From Perkinsus chesapeaki ATCC PRA-425 (Eukaryota; Protista; Perkinsozoa): 37,349 nucleotides of DNA. Under the pieces are notes generated by a model. It saw nothing but the letters and a program-made list of their open reading frames with translations, did no database searches and was not told the DNA's origin. The DNA lies in NCBI GenBank assembly GCA_013115145.1, contig JAAPAO010000346.1, forward strand, positions 1 to 37,349. The letters run 5' to 3'. How positions within the stretch are numbered: the stretch's first letter is position 1; every line of letters begins with the position of its first letter. Of this stretch, positions 11,455-25,427 are shown in pieces. A program made the translations under genes and the position numbers.

Positions 11455-12767
11455 ATGACCACTGTAGGCCACTCTAACGACAATCATCAGTCCAACAAGC
11501 GGACCGTCCAGCTTCCCGATTCTCAAGATGAGTGCCTCGGAGTTGGAATTAAGATCATCCAAAATGCCTATATGTAAGGAATGTTGTTATCAAATCATTG
11601 GTCTGGGCTGATGATGATCAGGTCCAAGGTGCAAGCATTGGAGCACGAAGTTAGGGCATTGAGGCTAAGTCTGGACCAAGAAAAGGCTGCTGTAAGGAGA
11701 ACTAAGCGCCGTGTTGTTGCTGTTGTTGAGTGTCTTGGTTATTTCAGCACATGCAGACCCAGAAGAGGTGCAATGCCTTGGATGTTGATCTGATCGATAT
11801 GCGGCAGACGGCTAAGAAGATGCAAGAAGAGAACAGGAACCTTGTTCAGAATCTGAGATCAGTATTTGCCACCTGTGGCTTAGTGGCATCTTTGGTGTCC
11901 TCAGCAAAATCAGCAATTGGAGCACTACGAGCGTCTCAAGCAGACTTTGGTGGGATCACTGGACTCGTTCCAGAGCGAGTCCTCTCGTCTTGGCAACGAG
12001 GGTGATTCGGGCTACACTGATCCAAGGTTCCTAAGGCAGGAGAGCTACCTTCAAGTAGGACGAGGGGCTTTACCACTCACAGTGGCTGCTACCATAATCA
12101 TCAGGGCATCGCTCCAATGGCGGCTTCGGATGCTCCACCACCTATGTGCACTACGGTGAGTACCTTGCTTAGCATTGGTCTTCCTACTTGATTGTTTAGC
12201 CTGTGGGCTCTGCAAGCATGTACGGTGGATTCACTGGTGCATCCAACAACAATCAGCATCATCAATACAACTTTGGTGGCAATTCGAGCAACTTCCACAA
12301 CAGCTCCTCATCTCAAGGCATCATTCCCCCTCACTCGAAGACATCTCCTGTTAATAACAGCAATGCCTCTATTTCTGGTATCGGAATGCTTAACAACAAC
12401 AACAAAAATGAGGACGTAAAAGATGGTGTTGTTCGCTCCGGCGGGACGGTAGCTTGTCAGAGCGCCATGGCGGATGTCAGCGGTGACAGTGCCGGCGGTC
12501 GCGGCATCGACGGCAAGAGCTTCTTCAAGGTTGCCAGATCCAGGTGAGGTTCTTCTATGGAGTGTGTTTTGGTAGTGGTTCGGTGGTTGATGCAGGCTTT
12601 CGTATGAGACGTTCAATAAGTTCCTAGCCAGCATTAAGAGGTTAAATGCCCAAGAGCAAAGTATCGATGCCACGCTGTCTGATGTTAAGAAGATCTTTGA
12701 TGAAGATGGAACTGACAATGACGATCTCTACTCGGACTTCGCCTCCCTTATCAACAAGCGCAACTGA
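11455..12767 (+). CDS. At4g15545-like coiled-coil protein, multi-exon
   Basis: The spliced model gives IKIIQNAYMSKVQALEHEVRALR (coiled coil), LEHYERLKQTLVGSL and a C-terminal IDGKSFFKVARSR|LSYETFNKFLASIKRLNAQEQSIDATLSDVKKIF...DLYSDFASLI. From memory this resembles the plant At4g15545 C-terminal domain (VDGKEFFRQVRSRLSYEQF...). Confidence 0.7.
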
Positions 12768-13010
12768 GTTAATGCTGAATTAATTGATAGCATTCATCGT
12801 CATTATTGAGATATAATAGTAACACCAGCATGCATGTCATAAAGGTATCTACTATATTCATTATTATTGCGCTAGAGGAAGGGGGATTTCACGGAAGTGT
12901 GGTATGACCATTTGGGGCCTCGTTTGTGTTATGATGCACTTTTGTGTCGGCTGTCCCCTTTTTAGTGTAGTAGTGTTTCTTCCTAGGGTTGTATAATTGT
13001 AGTCGTTGGT

Positions 13011-15254
<2,244 letters not shown>

Positions 15255-15422
15255 GTTGGGTTTTGAACCGGCCGATGGTTGCTGTTACTAGTTCGTATTT
15301 TACACCACCACCACCCAGCAGCAGCCTATCTTTGATCATATTTTCGTGGTTTATACGCTATTGTGTTGATATTAATATTGGGAGGCTGCTGATGACAGGA
15401 GCGGTAGTAGTGTTCAGTAATA

Positions 15423-16334
15423 ATGGCTGATAATCTGATTGATAAGAATACCTCAGTGAAGTCCCTTTTGGTGCCACGACAACCTAATTGCTCTAGCTGT
15501 TCATCGGAGCCATGGAGATCTCCGCTGCAATACACTGATACTTCATTTGTACATCCGTTGGAGCATCCCATGAACCAGCTATACGAGGGGGTTTTTAAGT
15601 GCCCGCTATGTACAACAGCGTCCTTTAATCCATGCGGGTTCAAAACCTTGCAGCATCATTATTTTGATCAACATTTTTCTAAGAGGATCAATCTCGGCGG
15701 TATCACAGCCTTCCCTTGTCGGTGCCCTTGGGGTGGCAAATCGGACAGGCCTATTCGTCGGGTTAGGACGGCAGCAAGCGGAAGTCCGTTATCGGGTTGT
15801 CGAAGGATACCCCCAATCTCTCCAGAAGGTGCCGATGGATCGCCGAGCTCCTCTCCAAGTGGTTCAGCTCGATCACTAAGACGACAGCGACGAACGCCTG
15901 ACAGGTTTGGTGAAGAGGTGCCCTTCCATTACCATTGTCCTTATTGTGAACATTCAAGCAGTGGCTCTGTCGAGGAGATTCTGATACATGTTAGAACGGT
16001 TCATCGGTCGAAGACCAGAAGTAGCAATGACTGCTGCCAGGGTAAGCGTGAAATGCGCGAAGTGACTTTGGTGGATCCCCTATCCCCTACGAGACCACAC
16101 GAGGGGGAAGAAGAAGGCTCGGCCAAGAAGGTGCGGTTTAATAACCATGTCCGAGTGAAACTGATGGATTCCGACGCCTCCAGAGTTGAGAAGCTCGGCA
16201 GTGTCCTTGGTGATCCTAAGAAGGAGGTTTTAACAAGAGGGTGGCTGACAGCTGCAGTGGAGTCGGTTGTTGGTGGAGGTGATGCTACTGCACTGTATGG
16301 GCCGGAAAGCCATTCTGATATGATTCAACATTAA
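15423..16334 (+). CDS. Hypothetical protein with two C2H2-like zinc-finger motifs
   Basis: 303-aa ORF containing FKCPLC...LQHHYFDQH and YHCPYC...LIHVRTVH, separated by a Ser/Pro/Arg-rich linker. Confidence 0.6.
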   Translation: MADNLIDKNTSVKSLLVPRQPNCSSCSSEPWRSPLQYTDTSFVHPLEHPMNQLYEGVFKCPLCTTASFNPCGFKTLQHHYFDQHFSKRINLGGITAFPCRCPWGGKSDRPIRRVRTAASGSPLSGCRRIPPISPEGADGSPSSSPSGSARSLRRQRRTPDRFGEEVPFHYHCPYCEHSSSGSVEEILIHVRTVHRSKTRSSNDCCQGKREMREVTLVDPLSPTRPHEGEEEGSAKKVRFNNHVRVKLMDSDASRVEKLGSVLGDPKKEVLTRGWLTAAVESVVGGGDATALYGPESHSDMIQH

Positions 16335-16618
16335 TACATTCCTTGTCGAGTTGTTTACAAGCCATTTGTTGTATTATTATTAAAATGGAGTTGAGTTCCC
16401 AAGTTCCCCCATAAGACTTATTAAATACTAATAACACAACACCTGTGAACCAAGTGTCCGGCCGTAACTGCTGTTGTTAAACGTCGTAGGTAGCCATAAA
16501 GCAACTAGCGTTGCCGCCAGGTATACCTTCGAAACCGACATCATCTATCACCAGCAACAACAATTGCAACAATACAGATAGTAAAGTAGCAAGAGGCAGC
16601 ATGGAGGTGATGAAGCGT

Positions 16619-17158
16619 TTATCGATAGGACTTCTGGAAGCGTGCGCGGGCGGAACGGCCACCGAACTTCTTGGGCTCGCAGCGGCGGGGATCGGCAACG
16701 ATGAGGGAACGATCGTAGGAGATGAGGATATCACGAATCTCGTTCTTAGAGACCTCATCGATGTCTGGAAGAATAAAATAAAATCCTAGCGACCCTCCAT
16801 CTTATTATTACACTTCTGGTAGTAAGAGACGATTCCCTTGGCGATGGCCTGACGGATGGCGTAGATCTGAGAAGTGTAACCGCCACCACGAACACGGACG
16901 CGAACGTCAATGTTCTGGAAGCGCTCAGCACCGAGAAGCAGGATAGGCTCCATAGTCTTCACACGAAGAGTAGGAGGGTTAACCTAAATGATATCATTTT
17001 CAATAGGTCCGAGAGATTGGATCGAATAATACCTGATCCAAAGGCATTCCATTAACACGGATCATACCCTTGCCAGTGGAGACAAGGGCAACGGCAACAG
17101 CGTTCTTCTTGCGGCCAAAAGTTTGGCAGCGCTCCTCCTTTACAGCGTTGTAAGACAT
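16619..17158 (-). CDS. RPS16: 40S ribosomal protein S16 (uS9), 3 exons
   Basis: [13 protein letters not shown]...[22 protein letters not shown]...[25 protein letters not shown]. Confidence 0.97.
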
Positions 17159-17352
17159 AACCAACGACGGGCGGACAGCAACCGGGAAGGCAAGTATGAC
17201 CGAAAGGAAAGGACTCGCTCGCCCAACTGATCTATCTAGAGGTAGCGCAGAATTTTGAGAAGGTGAATCTCGCTCGCCCGAGTGATCGATTAAGTCGCAG
17301 CGAGAGCCTGTGAGGCCCTAGATCAGCCCCCTACCTCCGATCGAGACTCAGT
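17159..17352. promoter_or_regulatory. Putative bidirectional promoter region between RPS16 and RPS26
   Basis: 194-bp head-to-head gap with CTCGCTCGCCC-N3-TGATC present twice (starts at 17214 and 17269). Confidence 0.5.
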
Positions 17353-17810
17353 ATGCCTACTAAGCGTCGTAATAACGGACGTTCCAAGCACGGACGCGGT
17401 CACACTTGCATTTTGAGATGCTCTAACTGCGCCAGAGCCGTCCCAAAGGTACTACTAATATGGGCAACTTATTGAGGATCGAAGGCTGGGAATGTTGATG
17501 GAAGGGATTGACGGTGATTGGGTTTGTTTCAGGATAAGGCCATCAAGCGTTTCAACGTTAGGAACATTGTCGATGCCTCCTCCCAAAGAGATATCCGTGA
17601 AGCCTCCGTCTACCAGTCCTATGCTCTTCCTAAGCTTTTCATTAAGCAGGTAGGTGCTTATATTAGCCGTCAATAACTTGTATTATTATCAACGCTGTTT
17701 AGGTGTACTGCGTGTCTTGCGCCATTCACGCTCGTGTCGTTCGTGTGCGTTCCGCCGAGAACCGTCGCGTCCGTGAGGCCCCTCCCCGCCGTGCTCCCCA
17801 GAGGAACTAA
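17353..17810 (+). CDS. RPS26: 40S ribosomal protein S26 (eS26), 3 exons
   Basis: [17 protein letters not shown]...[11 protein letters not shown]|[15 protein letters not shown]...LPKLFIKQ|[17 protein letters not shown]. Confidence 0.97.
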
Positions 17811-17989
17811 GCTGTAGCAGCTGCTGTTGTATGGTGTTGGTGGCGGTTATCGACGTTTTAAGTAGCGGATATTAATGATGTTAATAAGCTACTGAGTAGT
17901 CGGCTGCTGAGGCTAAGGGAATTTGCACTATTGCGTTGTGTTGGGTTATACATTGGAGAGTGTAAGGGCTATAACGGAAACCGCACACC

Positions 17990-19275
17990 ATGTCAGGGAT
18001 GTCCTTCAAATCGTATACCTCTATTCCCATGAAAGAGTCACCTACAAGTGTAGAGGTTCAAGTGTCGGAGCCGCCTCTAGGCATTCGTGGCTACATCTCT
18101 CTTGTCATTTTATTGTTGCTGGGTATATCGGCTTGGGTCGGTCAGAATTCTGTTTGGTCTGAGCTCTTCGCTATTGTACCGCATCAACCCGAATCTTTGA
18201 GCTTGGCATCTTACTTGAGTGTGATTGGTCAGTGTGCTAATATTATAATACCTATGTACACTTACCTCCCTAGAAAGCCCCCGCTGTGGGCGGCTGTGCT
18301 ATTAGTATTATCAACTAGTTCTCTGGCGATGTACCTCACTGCGGGGCTTTGGGCCAAGACCGCCACTGTTTTTGGTTCCCCTCAATCGGTGGGGTTGTTC
18401 TCGACATTCTTCTTTTTGTCTGTGACCGACATTATGTCCAACTTGGTGTTCTTCTCGTATGCTGCCAGTTTCGGTCCAAGTTCCCTATACCTCACTTTCC
18501 TATGTACAGGAGAGGTCCTGTCTAGTGCCGTCCCAGCAGCCCTAGTAGTTGTACAAAAGGCTTTGGGCTTTGGCTCTACACCTTACTTTGCTGTTGTAGG
18601 TGTCTACAGTACCATATGCTCCCTTGCTTTCATACCACTGCACTTTTACCTCCGTCCAAAGGCTGTGGAGTCGATGCCAGTAATAGAAGGCCGTCCGTTT
18701 TTCAGTCGGATGAATCTACCGTTTCTGGGCCTCTTCGCGCTGATGGCGTGGCTGTCGCTAATCCAGAACGCTGTGACCTTGACCTTCCTGCCTTTTGCAT
18801 CCCGAGCCTATCCAGGGGCCTACGGTTTGGCAACTAATCTCCTATTTATATGTCGTCCAGTGGCATCGCTAACGGCAGCGTATGTTTTGAATTACCGAGA
18901 AGGCGAAGGGAAGCTGATGAGGATTTTAGATATTATAGCCTTTGCGGCATGGAACGCATTCGGGTAGGTCGTATAGCACAATTAAGTCGGTAAGGTAAGG
19001 TCCCAATCTTTAGGGTGTTAGTGGTGGTATTAGCCTACATCCCACCAACGGACATGTTGCTTGCTGGTAAGGCCGCTGGAACAGCTATTTTTACCTCAAT
19101 AATGGTAGCTAGTGGAGCTACTGTGTCATTTAGTAAGGTTGCTATCCTACTTCGCCTTAGAAAGCACAACTCGGATGGGGCCCTAAAGAATGTAGGAGTG
19201 TGCATGCAGATAGGTTCGGCACTGGGGGCCATTGTATGCTTTATGGTCATTCATCTCTGTAAGCCTCCATCATAG
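17990..19275 (+). CDS. SLC52-like (riboflavin transporter family) membrane protein, paralog 1
   Basis: Multi-TM protein. SAWVGQNSVWSEL...PESLSLASYLSVIGQCANI matches the SLC52 N-terminal motif. One intron at 18964-19013. Confidence 0.8.
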
Positions 19276-19560
19276 CTTCTTTCCTAACCACCCAGTTAGT
19301 AACGTTACGGCTGCTTTGTAGCGGTCAGAGTATCATACCATGAAGAGGGCATGCACCCTTGGCAAGTGGGAACATTGTCCTCGAAGTCGGCCTGTCTTAT
19401 CGGTCATTATGAGCTTAATTGCATTATTACGCATATGCGAGTTTTAAGATCAGTATGTGGTTGAGTTAGCTTGGGTTGGCAACAATACTATTCGGCAGTG
19501 GAAAGGCGCCGAGTGCCAAGGAACGGATGTAGTAGGGAGGGGATGTGGGGTGGGTTACGT

Positions 19561-19713
19561 AAGGTTGACTAGGTCTTCTATCAGTGTTTGAGGTCCCTTT
19601 AAGGTTGACTAGGTCTTCTATCAGTGCTTGAGGGCCCTTTAAGGTTGACTAGGTCTTCTATCAGTGTTTGAGGTCCCTTTAAGGTTGACTAGGTCTTCTA
19701 TCAGTGTTTGAGG
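19561..19713. repeat. 40-bp minisatellite (aaggttgactaggtcttctatcagtgtttgaggtcccttt), about 3.8 copies
   Basis: Head-to-tail units at 19561, 19601, 19641 and 19681, with no spacers. Confidence 0.97.
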
Positions 19714-20115
19714 ACTTTCTAACGGTAGGTAAGATGTAGTGGTGCTTTTCGATGAGGGTAGGGACTCGGAAACAGCAATAGAATGACTGTCTCAGTGAGT
19801 TGTTGAGACTGATGCTCACCCGGTGTGTTCGTGAAGCGATCTCGGAGTATCGCTTTCTGATATGCCCCTTATCACGTAGGACGACGGGATTATACTCCCA
19901 ATGCTCGTAGTAAGCCGGTCTGGAATGTCTTGGTGGAACACGATTGGGATACAGAGCCACGGGAGCGTAGTGAATAATATTGTCAAAGATACGAGTTAGG
20001 TCGGTAGAGTGACCACAGAGTTACATGTGTCACTATGGTATTGGGGTAGCTTTGATCCGATGGTTAGGCTTGTTTGCATGTGGGGCACATTATCCTCATA
20101 ATCTAATTCCCATCA

Positions 20116-21544
20116 ATGCCCCTATCTATTACACCTTCCTCCACTCACCCATCACAAGAGGGAGATGACCAGCAGCAGCAGCAGCCGGCGGCGGCGGCAG
20201 CGGCGGCGGCTTTAACAAGCCATCGACCCTCCGGCTCTGAAGATGTATCCGATCCAACGGCCAAAAGAACATTCACCCTCAGGTTGCCAACAGCTGGCAA
20301 AGCCTCCCCACTTGCTCTTGTCCTTTTCGCGCTGCTTGGTGTATCAGCCTGGATTGAGACCAATGCATTGTTCTCAGAGTTATGGGCCGTTGCACCCGTT
20401 TTACCAGAGTCATGGAATCTTGCATCATATTTGGTAGTTATTATTCAAATAGGTAATATAGCCCCTTTAGCATATTCCTATCTACCAAAGCCACCATTAT
20501 GGATAGCTATGCTTATAGTATTATTATCAAGTGGTTTCTCTATGTTCCTTGCCTGTGGTATTTGGGATCTAACAGCCGAAGTGTTTGGTGCACAACATTC
20601 AGTCGGTCTATTGGTATCTGCTTTCGTGGCATCTATGAGTGATTGTCTCTCTAATTTGGTGTTCTGGCCATATGCGGGGTCATTCAGTTCACACCCAGGC
20701 TATGTAGCGGCCCTTGCGACGGGTGAGAGTCTCTCGAGTGCCGCTAGTGCTGCTGTTGTGGCCATTCAAAAAGCCAGTGGCTTTGGCCCAACAGTATACT
20801 TTGCCATCATTGGAAGTATTGTTATATTCTGTACAGGAGGCTTCCTCATGCTTCATTTCGGTTATAGCGGCAAAGCCCTGCATGATTTTGTTCGAGAGGA
20901 TCCGTCTCCAGAGGACGACACCAGTGACTCGTCGTCAAGCGCGGTGAAGGAGCATAGTTTATTCTCCCGACAGAGCAAGCGATTCCTCGGTTTTTACATT
21001 CTCATCGGTTGGCTATCATTCGTCCAGAATGCCCTCACTCCCACATTTCTCCCCTTCGCTGGTCGGGCATATCCTGCTGGATATCTTTTAGCTCAGAACG
21101 TCCTTTTCGCCTTCGCCCCTGTTGCATCTATGGGGGCTGCCTGGCTACTTGGTGCTCGTTATCGAAATAATTGGTATGTTAAGATTGCTGAAATAGTAGC
21201 AGTAATAATGTGGAATATAGAAGTGTAAGAGCCTTTTGTATTACAAAGTATTATTTACCCTTTTCAGTTTCATAACCTTGTACCTGTCCTACGCTCCCCC
21301 TGATGATCTGCCATTGGCTGGACAATCCTCTGGTACAGCCTTCTTCACCGTCATCACTGTTGTTGGTGGAGGAACTATTGCCTTCACAAAGGCCGCCATT
21401 ATGCTTAGACTTAAACCCTACAATGAAGAGGGTGTGTTAAAGCATGCTGGTATCTGCATGCAGATAGGCTCTCTAATCGGCGCTGTAGTCTGTGCTCTTA
21501 CCGCTAATTTATGTAAACCTCCAGACTACGCCTCACCACCGTAG
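20116..21544 (+). CDS. SLC52-like transporter, paralog 2
   Basis: VSAWIETNALFSELWAVAPVLPESWNLASYLVVIIQIGNI motif and ATGESLSS. One intron at 21225-21267. Confidence 0.83.
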
Positions 21545-21812
21545 GGACCACCACCGCCTCACTTACTCCTTTCTAGTATGGGCATAATCACTACCCTACT
21601 TGTGTTCTTTTTATCGATGTTGTTGATGTTGTTGTTGTTTATGTGGTCATAGTATTATTAAGTTACTTCGTTCAGACGGTTACTGTCCTGTCGCGTCGTC
21701 ACCAACATGCTTGGTATCGTCGCTGCCTACTACCATAATTACGCATTTCTCAAACCTGCTTTAAGTGTCTTGTTGCAAACAGTTGGGATGCTGTCGGTCG
21801 GTGGTAGAATGC

Positions 21813-23307
21813 ATGCTCTCGGCTCTCACTGAGCCCCTTGTACCCTCCTCCTTCTCCATGACTGAGCTCACAACACCTACCCATCACCATCGTCGGCGTA
21901 GGAACTCCAGTATTGTTTCTGAAGGTGACGGCGGGATGCCTCCCCCGTCCAATCAGTCTATCGAGCAAACGACTAACCCTGCTACCGGTAAAGAGTCTAA
22001 AGGGAAGACTTTGGCACAAGAGGCCGCCGAGCCGACAGCGAAGAATACGTTCAGGTTGAGGATGCCTGCTAAGGGACAAGCATCGCCATTTGCCCTCGCT
22101 ATATTCGTCCTCATCGGTGTATCAGCCTGGATTGAGACCAATGCGTTGTTCTCAGAGTTATGGGCCGTTGCACCTGTTTTACCAGAGTCATGGAATCTTG
22201 CATCATATTTGGTAGTTATTATTCAAATAGGTAATATAGCCCCTTTAGCATATTCCTATCTACCAAAGCCACCATTATGGATAGCTATGCTTATAGTATT
22301 ATTATCAAGTGGTTTCTCTATGTTCCTTGCCTGTGGTATTTGGGATCTAACAGCCGAAGTGTTTGGTGCACAACATTCAGTCGGTCTATTGGTGTCGGCT
22401 CTCCTAGCGTCTATGAGTGATTGTCTCTCCAATCTGGTGTTCTGGCCATATGCCGGAGGTTTCGGTTCCCATCCATCCTATCTAGCCGCTCTAGCCACTG
22501 GCGAGAGTCTTTCAAGTGCAGCAAGCGCAGCTGTGGTAGCCGTGCAGAAGGCCATTGGTTTCACCCCAACCGTTTACTTTGCTGTGATAGGCTGCATAGT
22601 GATTATATGTACCGGGGCATTCTTACTACTCCATTTTTATTACAAGAAAAATGTCGTGAACGAAAGTGAGCTGGATGATTCGAGTGTGACAAGCAGCCCG
22701 TCAACTGATATGGTTACCGAGGAGCGCGCCTTATTCACCAAAGAGAGCAAACGTTTCATCGCACCTTTCCTTCTTATCGGTTGGCTATCGTTCGTGCAAA
22801 ACGCCCTCACTCCTACATTCCTGCCGTTTGCTGCTCGCGCCTATCCAGCCGGATATCTCTTAGCTCAGAATGTTCTATTTGCGTGTAGACCAGTAGCATC
22901 CATGGGAGCAGCCTGGGCTCTCGGGGCACACTACCGAAACAACTGGATTGTGAAATCAGCCGAAATAGGATCAGTGGTTCTATGGAATCTCGGAGTGTAA
23001 GCTGTCCGTAACTCGCTATCATTATCTAGCAATATCTTTTAGGTTCATAACACTATATCTGTCCTACGCTCCTCCTCAGGACCTGCCTTTGGCGGGCCAG
23101 TCGGCTGGTACAGCGTTCTTCACTATTATTACCGTTATTGGTGGTGCCACTATTGCCTTCACCAAATCAGCGACCATGCTGCGTCTGAAGCCGTATAATA
23201 AGGAAGGTGTATTGAAGCATGCTGGAATTTGCATGCAGTTCGGTTCTGTCATTGGTGCCGCCACGTGTGCGCTTGTCGCAAATCTGGTTAAGCCACCAAG
23301 TTATTAG
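21813..23307 (+). CDS. SLC52-like transporter, paralog 3
   Basis: Same motifs as paralog 2. One intron at 22997-23042. First in-frame ATG at 21813. Confidence 0.83.
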
Positions 23308-23459
23308 TTTCCCTCGGGACGGGCCTAGTTTTCCCCTGGACCTTACGGCGGTCCACTACCAAGGCCAGCGAGACTTGTTATCAGAGTTACTGTTCCATTA
23401 TGTAATTATTAATCTTTATTAGACTAGTGTGTTGCATTGTCAATCCAGAAATGCTCAAC

Positions 23460-25103
23460 ATGAAAGCAATAAGTAGCCGCAAAGCTGAATTTCATGGATA
23501 TTCGTATGAGAGTTATCAATGTGAACCGGGCAGCTTATTTGATAGATATGAGTGCACAGCGCCTTCCACCAGACGCCCTCATTCAGAGACGAGTGAAAAT
23601 CGATGAGAAGCATGCCGAGTTGGAGAGCTACGCTAAAGATCTAAGTATGTTATTACGCTGCGAAGTTGACTGAAATACCACCGAGAAGTATTGTATGTCA
23701 GAGAAGGCGACGATAACCACATCATGGTTCGAGAATAAGAGTAAATACGACTTTACGGATAATGAAAAACGCAACGATACCTTGTAAGGGCTCAGCTCAG
23801 AACAATCGATTAGCCTGTGCCACTCAGCATTGCCGAGGAACTTCGGTGTGCCAATCTCGAGCTGCTACTCAGGCGAAGGCATAGGATCAAACTTCTGTAT
23901 GGATAGTACTTGAAATGATTGTTGGTATATCTCACAGATACGAGAACGAAGCTAGGAAGTACGAAGAAGAACTCCGCGCTCAAGGCTTGGCAATTCAGCG
24001 TGATCATGTCTGATATCCGTTGTTCGGGTAATTACTCATGTTTTGTTGGTGATAGTAGAGTAGCAAAGCGATAATAACGAGATACAGCAGTAGTATGTCA
24101 GCTACTAACGTCTGACAGAAATTTGAGGTCGTACTACCCCTGATTAGCTGAACAGAGAGTTCGCTGCACTACGTTACCTGCAGGGATTTAACCGGTTCCA
24201 AATCGGTTGGAGGAATTAGAAATCTCGGAGATCCTTCTTTACGGTCCTCTGAGGAATTAGCGCAAGCGAGGGGAAAAGAATAATCCTTGGAGAATGCATA
24301 AATCCTTTCAATTGCAATGAGCGAATCGACAGCCGATTGGTACAGAATTGAGTGGTCACTATCAGTTCTAATGTAGCGCATCAGGATGGTGCCGTCATCC
24401 TTGTTCATTGTGTTCATTGTTAAGCCATAGCTATGGCTTAAATGTCACGATTCGCCGCATCACGTTCAGCAAAGGTGTGCTCACTCGCAACTTGCCGACA
24501 ACGATCTCTGAAGTGATAGCATGCAGCTCATCCATTGCGAACTCGACAACACGAGTTGCGCTGCTCACTGCATTACTCAATAAGCCTAATTGGGACGCCG
24601 CATGAATTTCGATATTGGCATACGCTTTGCATCGCTCGAGTTTCAAAGTGAGGGGCTCCTGGCGGAGATATGACGCGTGGAATCAGTTTGTAGGCTGCAC
24701 TAGTCAAGCGCACAAGACGCTTCCGACGTCTTTTACTGAGAGGACCTCAACCGATGATGATGCTAACAAGAATCTAACCAACATTGTGGTAGCTTCTGAG
24801 GCTACTATTACGACTGGTAATCCGTCGACTGTGTAATCCTCCAACATATTCGGGACCTCTCGGCGAAGTACTGGAGCCTTTTCCCATTCGCGTGAACACG
24901 CTCAGCACAGCACGGCAACTCCGATGTAGATATTCGCTAAAAAAGGTTTGGCGGCGCCAAGCTGGTTGGCCAACCTGGCGCACAACACGCCTCAGAAAAG
25001 CGATAAGCATACGCCGTTTGAGCGCATCTTCCGGACGAATTTCTTCTTGAGCAAGCCAGTGGGATTCGAGCAACTCAAGGAGCTTCGGAAAAAGTAGAAC
25101 CAT
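23460..25103 (-). CDS. Putative multi-exon hypothetical protein (boundaries uncertain)
   Basis: A series of same-strand protein-like ORF segments (24774-25103, 24431-24646, 24169-24417, 23810-24007) with nearby GT/AG sites. No family recognised. Confidence 0.35.
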
Positions 25104-25427
25104 ATGCGTTCTCTACGGCTCGGAGGACAGGCGAGTAGCTTTTCAGTCACAAGCTGCCACCAACCAGTTGGTGGCCACATACATGCCGCTCAAGCTCGGT
25201 TACTCGCTGATAAATAGTGGCTGGAAATATTGTTCCCTGATCGGTTATCGTTCAAGCAGAGAGGCCGGGTTTGTGCACGCGTGCCAGTGATATTCTGTCA
25301 GCATGGCGCGAAAAATGTGTGCGCCTGGAGCAAACTTGAAGTTCATCGTGAGGCGCGCGATTAGTCCCCGTGAGACCTTTGCCGGTTCGTGGCAGGTTTT
25401 CGATCCTTCATTTCTCCGGATTTTCCA

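Noticed and set aside
16477-16789. ORFs 16477-16758 and 16511-16789
   Set aside because: Alternate-frame and antisense shadows of RPS16.
19561-19713. CRISPR-like appearance of the 40-bp (and 37-bp) repeats
   Set aside because: Head-to-tail tandem units without unique spacers, in a eukaryotic context with no cas genes.
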